The position numbers were made by a program, and so were the translations under genes. From Gemmatimonas sp. (GTDB lineage Bacteria > Gemmatimonadota > Gemmatimonadetes > Gemmatimonadales > Gemmatimonadaceae), in contig OZ257156.1 of assembly GCA_965279375.1 (NCBI GenBank), positions 192,001-256,000 of the forward strand: 64,000 bases of DNA, in the 5' to 3' direction. The first letter of the stretch is position 1. Every line of letters begins with the position of its first letter. Below, piece after piece: positions 9,576-18,344 of the stretch. A model generated the notes under the pieces. It made no database searches. It had not been told where the DNA came from and saw nothing but the letters and a program-made list of their open reading frames with translations.

Positions 9576-9635
9576 ACTGCGACTGCGACTGCGACGGCAA
9601 CGGCAACGGCAACTGCAACTGCAACTGCAACAGCC
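9576..9635. repeat. Patterned hexamer microsatellite (ACTGCG)3(ACGGCA)3(ACTGCA)3ACAGCC
   Basis: Read directly from sequence in a convergent intergenic gap. Confidence 0.9.
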
Positions 9636-9680
9636 GTGAAGCCGATAAGCGACGATTGAACTGGATTGCGCGGATACAGC

Positions 9681-9731
9681 GAGAACGGGGATACAGAAAG
9701 AGCAGTTGGCTCTGACTGTATCCCCGTTCTC
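9681..9731. repeat. Intergenic palindrome (REP-like or bidirectional terminator)
   Basis: Perfect 16-bp stem GAGAACGGGGATACAG/CTGTATCCCCGTTCTC plus an inner AGAGC/GCTCT stem. Confidence 0.8.
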
Positions 9732-9783
9732 CGTTTCACACTGCGTCAGGAACGAACGGCGCGTACCATGCTCGCAATGCCAA

Positions 9784-12700
9784 CTAAGGCTGCGTGCCCG
9801 CGTTCAGGTCGTTCCAGTTCATGATGGCGTTGAAGCCCATGATGAACGTGCCCTGCGTCTGCCAGCGCCAGAACGGACGGATGGTGAACATCACCAGGTG
9901 TCCCTTGCCGAGTGGCGAGTCGATGACGTTGGGGCGATTCGAGAGATTCTCTCCGCCCTGCAGCACGCCGGAGAGCAGCATGTCACGCGGGCTACCGGGC
10001 CACGCCATGACCACGCGCGGCTTCATGTCGCCGAGCGTACGAAGCGGAGGTGCGGCCGCCGCTCCACCAGCGCCACCGCGTCCGCCAAAGCCACCTTCGA
10101 ATGCAGGGGCAGCAGACGACGTTGTGGGCCACTTCTGCATCGGATCCCACACCGAGTGTTCAACCCACGTCGCCATCGGCTGCGTGTTCTGATACACGCC
10201 GGGCTGACCACCGAAACCACCGGGGCCACCGCCGCCGCCAAGCGCTGTACCCGCGAGCGCGCCGGAGCTGCCCGGACGCAACACGTCGGTCTTGCTGATC
10301 GGTGCGGCATTCGGCGTGACGGGTACGCCCGCATCGAGCAACGTGCCGCCGCTGTAGTAGACCGGCATCTGATTGACGTCGAAGCCGTAGGCGATCGGGC
10401 TGGTCATATCGGTGATGACACCGCGCAGGATCGTGCCGCGGTTAACCAACCCTTGCGCTGCCGTCGGGCGCAGGCCCGGCGTGAGGCTGTAGGTCGGGAA
10501 GATGCCCGACGTGCCGCCTTCGGTGATGAGCGTGCCGCCAGCCTGCACGAACTCGTGCAGCGCCTTGAGCCCATCTTCACCCAAGCCACCGCGCGTATCG
10601 GCGGTCGAGTCGGGATAGCCAAGCGCGGGATATTCAGCGGTACGCTGATACGGGATCGGCTTGCCATCGGTCGGCGGCGCCTGTCCAACTGCACCACCAT
10701 GCGGCCACAGGATCACGTCGAACTTCGTGCGCAGCGCGCCCAACTTGCGGACGTTGTTCTCGCCGAAGTAGCTGTACGGGATCTTGTAGTAGTCGAGCGC
10801 CGCACGCACCCAGCCTTCGTCTTGCGTGTTCGTCCAGCTGTGGATGTAGCCGATGCGCGGAATGTCGAGGTCGTGCGACTTGACCGTCGGCGCGACATCA
10901 ACCGCCCAGGCGGAGAGACCGAGCTCCTTGAGGGCCGGCTCGAGCTGCGCCTTGTTGGCCTTGGCGATGATGAACGAGCCCGCGCCGAACTTGTGGCCCG
11001 CGGCTTCGAACGGCGCTTCCGCGGCCGACATCTTCGTGGTGGCGAGGCGATAGCGCAGCGCGACCATATTGTTGTCGCCCGTGTGCTCAACGATCACCGT
11101 CGCACCCGAGCCCGCGATACCACCCGCGGCCGTCACGTGCCCCGAGACCGGCGTCATGCCAGCGGTGAGCAGTGCGGGATCCTTGATCTCGTGCAGGATG
11201 ATGTTGCGCATCATCTGGTACGTCCAACCGGTGTCGTCGTAGGGCGACGGGTTGGTGGTCGGGTAGTTCTGGATGCTGAAGTACATGTCGGCGATGGTGC
11301 GCAGCGGCTGATCGCCACGAATGATCCAATCGCCCTTCTTCACATCGACCGTGCCGAACTTGCCGTCGGCGTTGGCGACGTGGAACTCGAGACCCTGGTC
11401 GATGAGCTCATTCACCGCTTCGGCCGCGTTGGCCTTCGCATGCTGCGACGCGGGAACGACCCACCCCTTCACTGGGCCGAGCACACCCTTCTTGATCGCG
11501 TTCTTGTTCTTGATCCAGTAATTCTCGAGGAAGCGCTCGCGCTCCTTGCCCGTATTCCACAGTGCGTAAAGCACCGCAGACTCCTGGATGTTGGTGTTCG
11601 CGCGCGGGCCCCACTTGATGTCGTTCGGGGTGGGGTTCGGGCGGAACCACTCACGACTCTGGTTGTAGTTCGTGCCGCCGAGGATGCGCGTGAGCGACGA
11701 GTCGTTCACCGGCGCCGCTGCACCGGCTCCGCGTCCACCACGACCTGCGCCTGCACCCGCGCCCGCCGCCGGAGCCGCGCCGCCAGCCGCGGGCGCTGCC
11801 GCTGCCACCGGGCCGGGGCCACCGCCACGCGCGGCACCGCTGACGCCATCGCAGCCGGAGCCGTAGCTCTGCACTTCGTAGAAGCGACCGATGGCGTTGT
11901 GCGAGTGCACGAGGAAGAACATGTAGTTGGGCACCCAGCCGTCGTAGAACCCATAGGTCCACACGCCGGGCACGCCCTGCTTGGTCATCTCCATCACGTC
12001 ATTCTCGGCCATGTACCACCACTCATTGATGGTGATCGGGTCGAGCTGTTCGTTGTACGGACCGGTGCCCGTGGAGACGTAGAGCAACGTCTGCGCTTCG
12101 TGCAGGTCATGCATGATGGTGGGGTGCCACGTGTTGGCCACACCGCGCACGTTCTGCGTCAGCTTGAGGTACTGGCCCATGCCGTCGCGGTTGTTGTCGT
12201 GCGCGACGTACTTGCCCCAGTAGGGAGTGGGGAGGTTGAGCCCAGTGCGCTGACGGAAGCAGGCACCGTCCACGATCTTGTCGCGGCCGTCCGGCTCGAT
12301 GACCGGCGTGATGAGCGTGAGCACGTTCTTGCGGATGCCGGAGATCATCGCGCCGTCATCGACGACGAGACGATAGGCCAGCTCCATCAGCATTTCCGGT
12401 CCGCCGGTTTCGGTGGAGTGGATGCCGCTGGTGAGGTAGTAGACCGGCTTCGCGATGCCGAAGAGCTGCTTGGCGCGCTGCTCACTCGTCTTGCGCGGAT
12501 CGGCGAGCTCGTTGAGGTAGCCCTTGTAGGTGTCGAGGTTCTTGATCGTCTCTTCGTCGGCGATCGCGAGGACGACCATGTCGCGTCCTTCTTCCGACTT
12601 GCCGATCGTCCAGAACTTCGCGCGCGTCGGCGCCGCGTCAGCCACGGCCTTGAGATAGCGATGGATGTCGCCGGACTTGGTCAGGTAGCCCGGCGTTCCC

Positions 12701-12939
12701 ACGATGCGATTGATGCCGGGGAACTTGAGCGTCGTCGGGACTTTCTCCGACGCCGGCATGTAGTTCACCAGATCGGTGCTGATACGCGGGTCCGTGAGAT
12801 ACTGCTTGATGAGCTTGGTGTACTCATCGTCCTGTTTCTGCGTGGCCTGCGCGCCGGCACGCGGAGCGGTCGCCAGTGCAGCAGCGGCAACGCACGCGGA
12901 CCAGGCCAGCCGACGCATCGACGGTGTCGAGCGGAACAT
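9784..12939 (-). CDS. Secreted M14 family zinc carboxypeptidase
   Basis: GKSEEGR, GIHSTE (HxxE), PDGRD, DNNRD and DLHE; signal peptide; GGAGG before ATG 12939. Confidence 0.9.
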   Translation of the reverse strand: MFRSTPSMRRLAWSACVAAAALATAPRAGAQATQKQDDEYTKLIKQYLTDPRISTDLVNYMPASEKVPTTLKFPGINRIVGTPGYLTKSGDIHRYLKAVADAAPTRAKFWTIGKSEEGRDMVVLAIADEETIKNLDTYKGYLNELADPRKTSEQRAKQLFGIAKPVYYLTSGIHSTETGGPEMLMELAYRLVVDDGAMISGIRKNVLTLITPVIEPDGRDKIVDGACFRQRTGLNLPTPYWGKYVAHDNNRDGMGQYLKLTQNVRGVANTWHPTIMHDLHEAQTLLYVSTGTGPYNEQLDPITINEWWYMAENDVMEMTKQGVPGVWTYGFYDGWVPNYMFFLVHSHNAIGRFYEVQSYGSGCDGVSGAARGGGPGPVAAAAPAAGGAAPAAGAGAGAGRGGRGAGAAAPVNDSSLTRILGGTNYNQSREWFRPNPTPNDIKWGPRANTNIQESAVLYALWNTGKERERFLENYWIKNKNAIKKGVLGPVKGWVVPASQHAKANAAEAVNELIDQGLEFHVANADGKFGTVDVKKGDWIIRGDQPLRTIADMYFSIQNYPTTNPSPYDDTGWTYQMMRNIILHEIKDPALLTAGMTPVSGHVTAAGGIAGSGATVIVEHTGDNNMVALRYRLATTKMSAAEAPFEAAGHKFGAGSFIIAKANKAQLEPALKELGLSAWAVDVAPTVKSHDLDIPRIGYIHSWTNTQDEGWVRAALDYYKIPYSYFGENNVRKLGALRTKFDVILWPHGGAVGQAPPTDGKPIPYQRTAEYPALGYPDSTADTRGGLGEDGLKALHEFVQAGGTLITEGGTSGIFPTYSLTPGLRPTAAQGLVNRGTILRGVITDMTSPIAYGFDVNQMPVYYSGGTLLDAGVPVTPNAAPISKTDVLRPGSSGALAGTALGGGGGPGGFGGQPGVYQNTQPMATWVEHSVWDPMQKWPTTSSAAPAFEGGFGGRGGAGGAAAAPPLRTLGDMKPRVVMAWPGSPRDMLLSGVLQGGENLSNRPNVIDSPLGKGHLVMFTIRPFWRWQTQGTFIMGFNAIMNWNDLNAGTQP

Positions 12940-13047
12940 CCTGCCTCCTTCAAGGGAATGGGCCGCGGCGGAGGGCTGCGGTCGCATTGGGTGGTGTACT
13001 CAGTGTACGCGCAGCTCAAGGATTTCGCGGTAGTGATTTTCCCTCCA

Positions 13048-13284
13048 GTAACCGGTAACCGCAGACGTCGTTCGCTCCACTCAAGACCGACCACCCACCA
13101 CTCGTGACCCGAAACAGAGGAGTGTCAGAGCGGCGGCAGCGCGCAGTGGCCAGTGCCCAGTTCAGAGTCTTTCACTCAGATCAGGCGGGGTCGAGAACCG
13201 CCAACCCGACACAACCCTGTTGCGGGCTACGGGTGGTGAGTGGCGGGAGATCAGTAGAGCGAACGGCGTGACCGGTTACCGAAC
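13048..13284. mobile_element. 237-bp non-coding foldback element, copy 1 (MITE/REPIN-like or structured ncRNA)
   Basis: Ungapped ~90% identity to 52694-52930; terminal inverted repeats and long self-complementary arms. Confidence 0.7.
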
Positions 13285-13314
13285 TACCAACGCGGTGACC
13301 GATTCCCCCAGAAC

Positions 13315-13352
13315 GCACAACGGGCCGGAGATCAGTCTCCGGCCCGTTGCGC
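13315..13352 (-). terminator. Hairpin terminator after SusD-like gene 1
   Basis: CAACGGGCCGGAGA-tcag-TCTCCGGCCCGTTG, about 20 bp past the stop. Confidence 0.75.
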
Positions 13353-13370
13353 ATTCAGTAAATCCGTCGA

Positions 13371-14936
13371 TCAGGGAGGGGTCGGCGAGTTGGCCGGGCC
13401 CGTTCCGCCCCACGTGTAGAGCGCTTCGCCCTTCACGCCCAGCTCCTTGGCCGGCACCGGCATTTCACGCGGCGTGCCCTCGAGCAGGCCGTCGGTGCGA
13501 CGACGCCAGTAGTACGGCGCCGGGCCGAGGCCCAGCAGCTCCACTTCCATCTCGTAGCCCAGCTTGGTGGTGAGGCCTCCGACGCCGTCGCCGGCAAGGG
13601 CCGCCGACAAGCCACCGCGCGTGACGCGGGTCTTGTTGATCAGCGTCGCCGCGTTGGCCAGCGAGCCGCCCGTGCGGATCAGTGCTTCCGCCCAGACGAG
13701 ATCGTTCTGGGTGGCCGAGATGACCGGCGCGGGGCCGAAACCGCCGTAGATGCCGGACGGATCCTGCTTACCGGTGCGATCGTAGCGGATGTGGCCGATG
13801 TTCGACTGGTGATACGAGCCGCGGCTGGGGCGGAAGATTTCGTCGCGCGAGTAGACGAAGTCCGTGCCGCCGTTGGCCGTCTTGGGGTTGGTGCCGAAGC
13901 CCCCGACGGTCGACGCATCGCCGAAGGAGCCATCGCCCAAACGCTTGTCGGGCGAGTTCGGCTTCGGATTACCACCCGCCGGGTACGGCGTCTTCTGCGT
14001 CGCCGGATCGAGCATGTTGGCCACGCGGGTGTGGACGCGACCGCCGTCGAAGCCATCGAACCAGACGAGCATTTCATGGCACCACGAGACGCAGCCGTCG
14101 CCAACGAAGACGAAGTCGAACGGCGTGCCGCTCGACATGCCGGCGGAGGCGAAGTTCAGAATCTGCGTCCAGTTGGCCGCGGTGTTCTCGGCGCCGGTGC
14201 GCGGGTAGTACGCCAGCGTGATCGCCGCCATCGTGTTGGCAACCTGCGCGATCTGAGCGCTCGTGTACGACACGCCGTTGGTCCACGCTGCCGGCGTCGT
14301 GAACGACGTCGCCTTGGCGATGTTGGCCGCCGAGGTGAGCTTCGCGACGGCCGCATCGCGAATCTGCTTGCGATTGGAGTAGACCAGCGTCGCCGGGTCG
14401 GTCGTTTCGTCGACGATGTAGCCCTTGTCGTAGTTGAGCGCGATGTAGCTCAAGCCGGCGCCCAGCATCAACTCGGACACGGCTTCGGCACGCTTGGTGT
14501 CGGCCGCGTTGTTGATCACCGTCTTGTTCACACGGATGGCCTTGAGCACGTCCACCGCCGACGACATGGCGGCGTACATGCCCACCCACGGCACTTCCAT
14601 GCTGGTGCGACCGGCCGCGGCCGGATCGTTCTGCCACGGGCGCGTGAGGCGCTTGCCGTCGGCGTCATAGCTGGAATAGAAGTTCATGTTCCAGTTATTC
14701 CATGAGGCCGAGAAGGTCTGCGCCTGCGTGACGAGCACGCAGTTGCCTTCGCATCCGTCGTACGCGTTGAACCAGGTGCGCATCGTGCCGCCCGCGACGG
14801 CTTCGAGCGCCGCGGGGTCGGAGAGTGCGCGCTTGGCATCGGGCGCGTTCGGGTTGGTCACGTCGAGCGAGCCGCATCCGGCGACGGTAACCGTCGCCAT
14901 CACGCTGACTGCTCGCAAAAATCGCGTCATCTGCAT
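13371..14936 (-). CDS. RagB/SusD-like lipoprotein
   Basis: Lipobox VAGC, LDVTNPN, AEALIR, INKTR and C-terminal MPVPAKEL; directly follows the SusC gene. Confidence 0.85.
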   Translation of the reverse strand: MQMTRFLRAVSVMATVTVAGCGSLDVTNPNAPDAKRALSDPAALEAVAGGTMRTWFNAYDGCEGNCVLVTQAQTFSASWNNWNMNFYSSYDADGKRLTRPWQNDPAAAGRTSMEVPWVGMYAAMSSAVDVLKAIRVNKTVINNAADTKRAEAVSELMLGAGLSYIALNYDKGYIVDETTDPATLVYSNRKQIRDAAVAKLTSAANIAKATSFTTPAAWTNGVSYTSAQIAQVANTMAAITLAYYPRTGAENTAANWTQILNFASAGMSSGTPFDFVFVGDGCVSWCHEMLVWFDGFDGGRVHTRVANMLDPATQKTPYPAGGNPKPNSPDKRLGDGSFGDASTVGGFGTNPKTANGGTDFVYSRDEIFRPSRGSYHQSNIGHIRYDRTGKQDPSGIYGGFGPAPVISATQNDLVWAEALIRTGGSLANAATLINKTRVTRGGLSAALAGDGVGGLTTKLGYEMEVELLGLGPAPYYWRRRTDGLLEGTPREMPVPAKELGVKGEALYTWGGTGPANSPTPP

Positions 14937-14963
14937 CGAGTCAAATCCTGTGTTGGCGGGTGG

Positions 14964-17900
14964 TCAGTAGCCGAGTTCGAGCATCACGGTGAACGTGCGG
15001 TAGGCGGGATACGTGAAGTAGTCCACCTTGTAGCCGAACGGATTGCCACCGCCGGGTCCCGACACATCCGGGTCATAGCCGGAGTACTTCGTCTTCGTCC
15101 ACAGGTTGCGACCAACGATGCCCAGGCGCGCCGTCTCGAAGCCAGAGACCTTGGCCGCCTTCACGACAGCCTTGGGCAGCTGGTAGTTGAGCGACAGTTC
15201 GCGCAGGCGCACGTAGCCACCGTCTTCGACGAACTTGCTGTTCGGATCGAAGTTGTTGTAGAAGGCCTGGAAGAAGCCCTGCGGCTTCTGCTGACCCTTG
15301 GGTACGTTGCGCTGATCGAAGTCCGCATCGCGGAGCTCGTTGTACGGCCACTGACGCGTGTAGTTGTAGATGTTGCCGCCCTTCTGCCACGTCACCACGC
15401 CGGTGAGCGAGACACCCTTCCACTGGATGGTGTTGTTGAAGCCCATCGTGAAGTCGGGGTTCACGTCACCGATCGGACGCAGCGCCACGCCCTTGTCATC
15501 GAAATACTTGAGCGGACGCTCGTCCTTGGTGCCGTAGGCCGAGTTGGCGACGTAGTAGCCCAGTTCATTGAGCTTGTAGTCGGACGCGCTGCCGGAGAGC
15601 GTCTTGTTGGCGATGTTCGTCGCCAGCTGCTCTGCCGTGCGAATCCACGTGGATCCGTAGATCACACCGAACACCTGACCCGGCGCGACGCGGAAGATGC
15701 GCGTGTTACCGTCGCCGCCGTCCGGACCCGCGAGGTACGGACCAACGCTGAGCGAGGTGATGGTGGAGCGCGTGCGGTCACCCGTCACGTTCAGGCGCCA
15801 GAAGAAATCCTTGCTGGAGGCCAGCACCGCGCCGAACGCGACTTCATGCGTGTTGCCGTCGAGCGTCGCGGCGTTCACCCACGTGTTGCGATAGCCCGAG
15901 GCGGCCGACGTCGGCACCTGCAGGATCTGATCGCTCGTGGTCTTCTTGGAGTAGCTGTACTCGAGCGTGTAGTTCTTGAGGAAATTGATGTTGAAGCCCG
16001 CTTCGGTTTCCTTCGAGAAGGCCGGCTTCAGGTTCGGGTTGCCGAGCGTGACCTTGCTCGGGCTGCCACCCGCGACCGAGAAGACTTCGTACTGCGCTTC
16101 GAACGGCGGGCGCAGACCGGCGGTGCCGTACGACACGCGGATCTTGCCTTCGTCGATGCCGGGGACATGGAAGTCTTCGGAGAAGCGATACGCGGCCGAG
16201 GCGCGCGTGTACGTCGCCTTGCGTTCCTTCGCACCGAACAGCGACGACTCGTCCTGACGCACGAGACCGTCGATGATGTAGCGATCCTTGATGTCGAACG
16301 TCGTGATCGCAAACAGGTTGCGGTTGCGGATCGTGATGGTGTTCGAGTTCGGCAGCGTCGGCGCATCGGGATCCTGCGCGGCGGCTCCGAATTCCGTCAC
16401 GCCCGTGACGGTGAGCTTCTGCGCACGCACGCCGAGCACGTTGGCCGTCTGGTCTTCGTAGACGGTGGCGAGCTTGGTGGTGTTGGTGAGCCAGTCACCC
16501 AGCTTGCGGATGGCCGTCAGCGTGGCGCCCGTGTTGAACGACTTGTTGGACGCGAACTCCTGATTGATGGAGCCCTGACCCTTGCCGCCCGTGGAACCGA
16601 GGAAGCCGATCGGCGTGAACGTCTTGTTGTTGCCGGTGGACTGGTCGTAGTTGAAGTTGCCTTCCGCCGTGAGCCAATCGAACGGGCGATAGTTCATCTT
16701 GATCACGCCTGTGAAGCGGTCGCGATCGTTGGTGACCTTCTGGTTGTTCAGGCGATACAGCGGATTCGACACGTTGCCCGAGGAGGGCGGCTGGCGAATG
16801 ACGGCGTTGTACGGCGAGCCGTCGGTGTTGGGCGCCGTGATGTCGATGTTCGGCTCGAGGAAGCGGATGCCGAAGAAGAGCGAGCCTTCGTTCGTCTGGT
16901 CGGCGTGCGAGCGGCCGTAGAACATGCCGGTGTTCAACGTGATCTTGGAGGTGATCTCCTGGTCGACGTTGATGCGGAAGTTCTGGCGGTTGTAGCCCTG
17001 CAGCAGATCGAGTACGCCCGTTTCCTTGATGTTTTGGATCGAGGCGTTGAAGTTCGTCGCGCCCTTGCGATGACCGACCGAGATGTAGTTGCTCATCGTG
17101 GCGCCCGGCTTGAAGACGGCGCCGAGTGCGTCGAAGATCTTCGGATAGCTGTTGTCCGAGATGTCGTCCGCTTCCGAGATGCGCTGGCCGTTGGCGTCGA
17201 GCTTGAAGCCCGTGGCGCTGGTCGGGTCGAGCTGGAAGGCCGTGGAGGTGTTCAGGCCGACCTTCTTGGGGAGGTAGCTCTGCCCGTACTCGTTACGGAA
17301 GGTGAAGTTGGTCTGCCCTTCCGCGAGGTTGGCGCCACGCTTGGTGAAGATCTGGATGACGCCGTTGGCCGCATCCGATCCATAGAGCGAGCTGGCCGCC
17401 GCGCCCTTGATGACTTCGACGCGCTCGATGTCCTGCGAATTTATGTCAGCGAGACCCAGGCGCGTGATCGTGCCGTCCACGATCACGAGCGGATCCTGAC
17501 GACCCGCGAGCGACGTGGCGGAACGCAGGCGAATGGCCGGCTCCGAACCCGGCGAGCCCGACGTGGTGGTGACGCTGGCACCCGCGACCTTGCCCGCCAG
17601 ACCGCCGAGCGGCGAGATGGCCGGCGTTTCCTTCAGTGCGCTCGCGTCGACCACGCTGACCGCAAACGCCGTCTTCTTCTGCGACGTCGCGTCGGACACG
17701 CCCGTCACGACGACCTGCTCGAGGCTCAAGACGTCCTTGTCGAGATCGTAGTCCTTGTCCACACGACCCGCCGCGATCGTGATGGGGAGACGCTTGGGCT
17801 TGTAGCCGATGAAACGGACCACGAGGTTGACCGCGCGACCGCCGTACTTGGAGACGTCGACGGTGAAGCTGTACTTGCCGTCCACGGTCGTGATCGTGCC

Positions 17901-18068
17901 GGCTCCGATTTCCGGAATTCCGACGCTCGCGCCGCCAAGCGGCTGCCCCGCGGACGTGACCTTGCCGGAGAAGACCTCGGTTTGCGCTTGTGCCGTGCCG
18001 GCGCAGAGCGCGAGCGCTGCGACTGCGGTGGCCATACGCAGAGACCTTCGGATCAAGACACCATCCAT
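14964..18068 (-). CDS. SusC/RagA family TonB-dependent outer membrane transporter
   Basis: DINSQDIERVEVIKGAAASSLYGSDAANGVIQIFTK, GNPNLKP, YSGYDPD and terminal ELGY; GAGGT before ATG 18068. Confidence 0.95.
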   Translation of the reverse strand: MDGVLIRRSLRMATAVAALALCAGTAQAQTEVFSGKVTSAGQPLGGASVGIPEIGAGTITTVDGKYSFTVDVSKYGGRAVNLVVRFIGYKPKRLPITIAAGRVDKDYDLDKDVLSLEQVVVTGVSDATSQKKTAFAVSVVDASALKETPAISPLGGLAGKVAGASVTTTSGSPGSEPAIRLRSATSLAGRQDPLVIVDGTITRLGLADINSQDIERVEVIKGAAASSLYGSDAANGVIQIFTKRGANLAEGQTNFTFRNEYGQSYLPKKVGLNTSTAFQLDPTSATGFKLDANGQRISEADDISDNSYPKIFDALGAVFKPGATMSNYISVGHRKGATNFNASIQNIKETGVLDLLQGYNRQNFRINVDQEITSKITLNTGMFYGRSHADQTNEGSLFFGIRFLEPNIDITAPNTDGSPYNAVIRQPPSSGNVSNPLYRLNNQKVTNDRDRFTGVIKMNYRPFDWLTAEGNFNYDQSTGNNKTFTPIGFLGSTGGKGQGSINQEFASNKSFNTGATLTAIRKLGDWLTNTTKLATVYEDQTANVLGVRAQKLTVTGVTEFGAAAQDPDAPTLPNSNTITIRNRNLFAITTFDIKDRYIIDGLVRQDESSLFGAKERKATYTRASAAYRFSEDFHVPGIDEGKIRVSYGTAGLRPPFEAQYEVFSVAGGSPSKVTLGNPNLKPAFSKETEAGFNINFLKNYTLEYSYSKKTTSDQILQVPTSAASGYRNTWVNAATLDGNTHEVAFGAVLASSKDFFWRLNVTGDRTRSTITSLSVGPYLAGPDGGDGNTRIFRVAPGQVFGVIYGSTWIRTAEQLATNIANKTLSGSASDYKLNELGYYVANSAYGTKDERPLKYFDDKGVALRPIGDVNPDFTMGFNNTIQWKGVSLTGVVTWQKGGNIYNYTRQWPYNELRDADFDQRNVPKGQQKPQGFFQAFYNNFDPNSKFVEDGGYVRLRELSLNYQLPKAVVKAAKVSGFETARLGIVGRNLWTKTKYSGYDPDVSGPGGGNPFGYKVDYFTYPAYRTFTVMLELGY

Positions 18069-18222
18069 TGCGTTACCTCGTGCGGTGAAGGGAGGAGCGG
18101 GTACGACGAACAGAAATGGCGTCCTGTCCCTTGGTGGTCCCAAGAAACGCGGACGCGAATTGGCGACGTGCAGGTAGGCATCACAGAGTGCGACATGTAT
18201 CGGTCATGCAACGGCTGGCCAC

Positions 18223-18251
18223 ATTATGCGAATGCAACTTTGCCGACGCAA
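18223..18251 (-). promoter_or_regulatory. Sigma70-like promoter for SusC/SusD pair 1
   Basis: Minus-strand TTGCGT-17nt-CATAAT. Confidence 0.5.
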
Positions 18252-18309
18252 TGGTTCGTCGCTCCGTTCCGTCCCTCGCATCACCATCCTGTCCGTGTCA
18301 ACACGCGAC

Positions 18310-18337
18310 TTGACCCACGAGTCACTGCCCTTATCGT
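18310..18337 (+). promoter_or_regulatory. Sigma70-like promoter, probably leaderless
   Basis: TTGACC-16nt-TATCGT, then 7 nt to GTG 18345. Confidence 0.55.
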
Positions 18338-18344
18338 TGCCAAG

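Noticed and set aside
8354..9739. Minus-strand ORF with a poly-(AV) tract
   Set aside because: Antisense to the dehydrogenase; the AV tract is just the hexamer microsatellite.
9706..13107. Very long antisense ORFs (also 25407-28880, 44560-46914, 37778-39454 and the 5' part of 15846-19160)
   Set aside because: They lie in register opposite motif-bearing genes, are rich in Arg/Val/Asp/His and carry no motifs. This is the expected shadow of high-GC codon bias.
18207..18221. Sigma54 -24/-12 site (minus-strand TGGCCAGCCGTTGCA)
   Set aside because: GG-to-GC spacing is 9 nt, not the required 10; a sigma70-like fit nearby is better.
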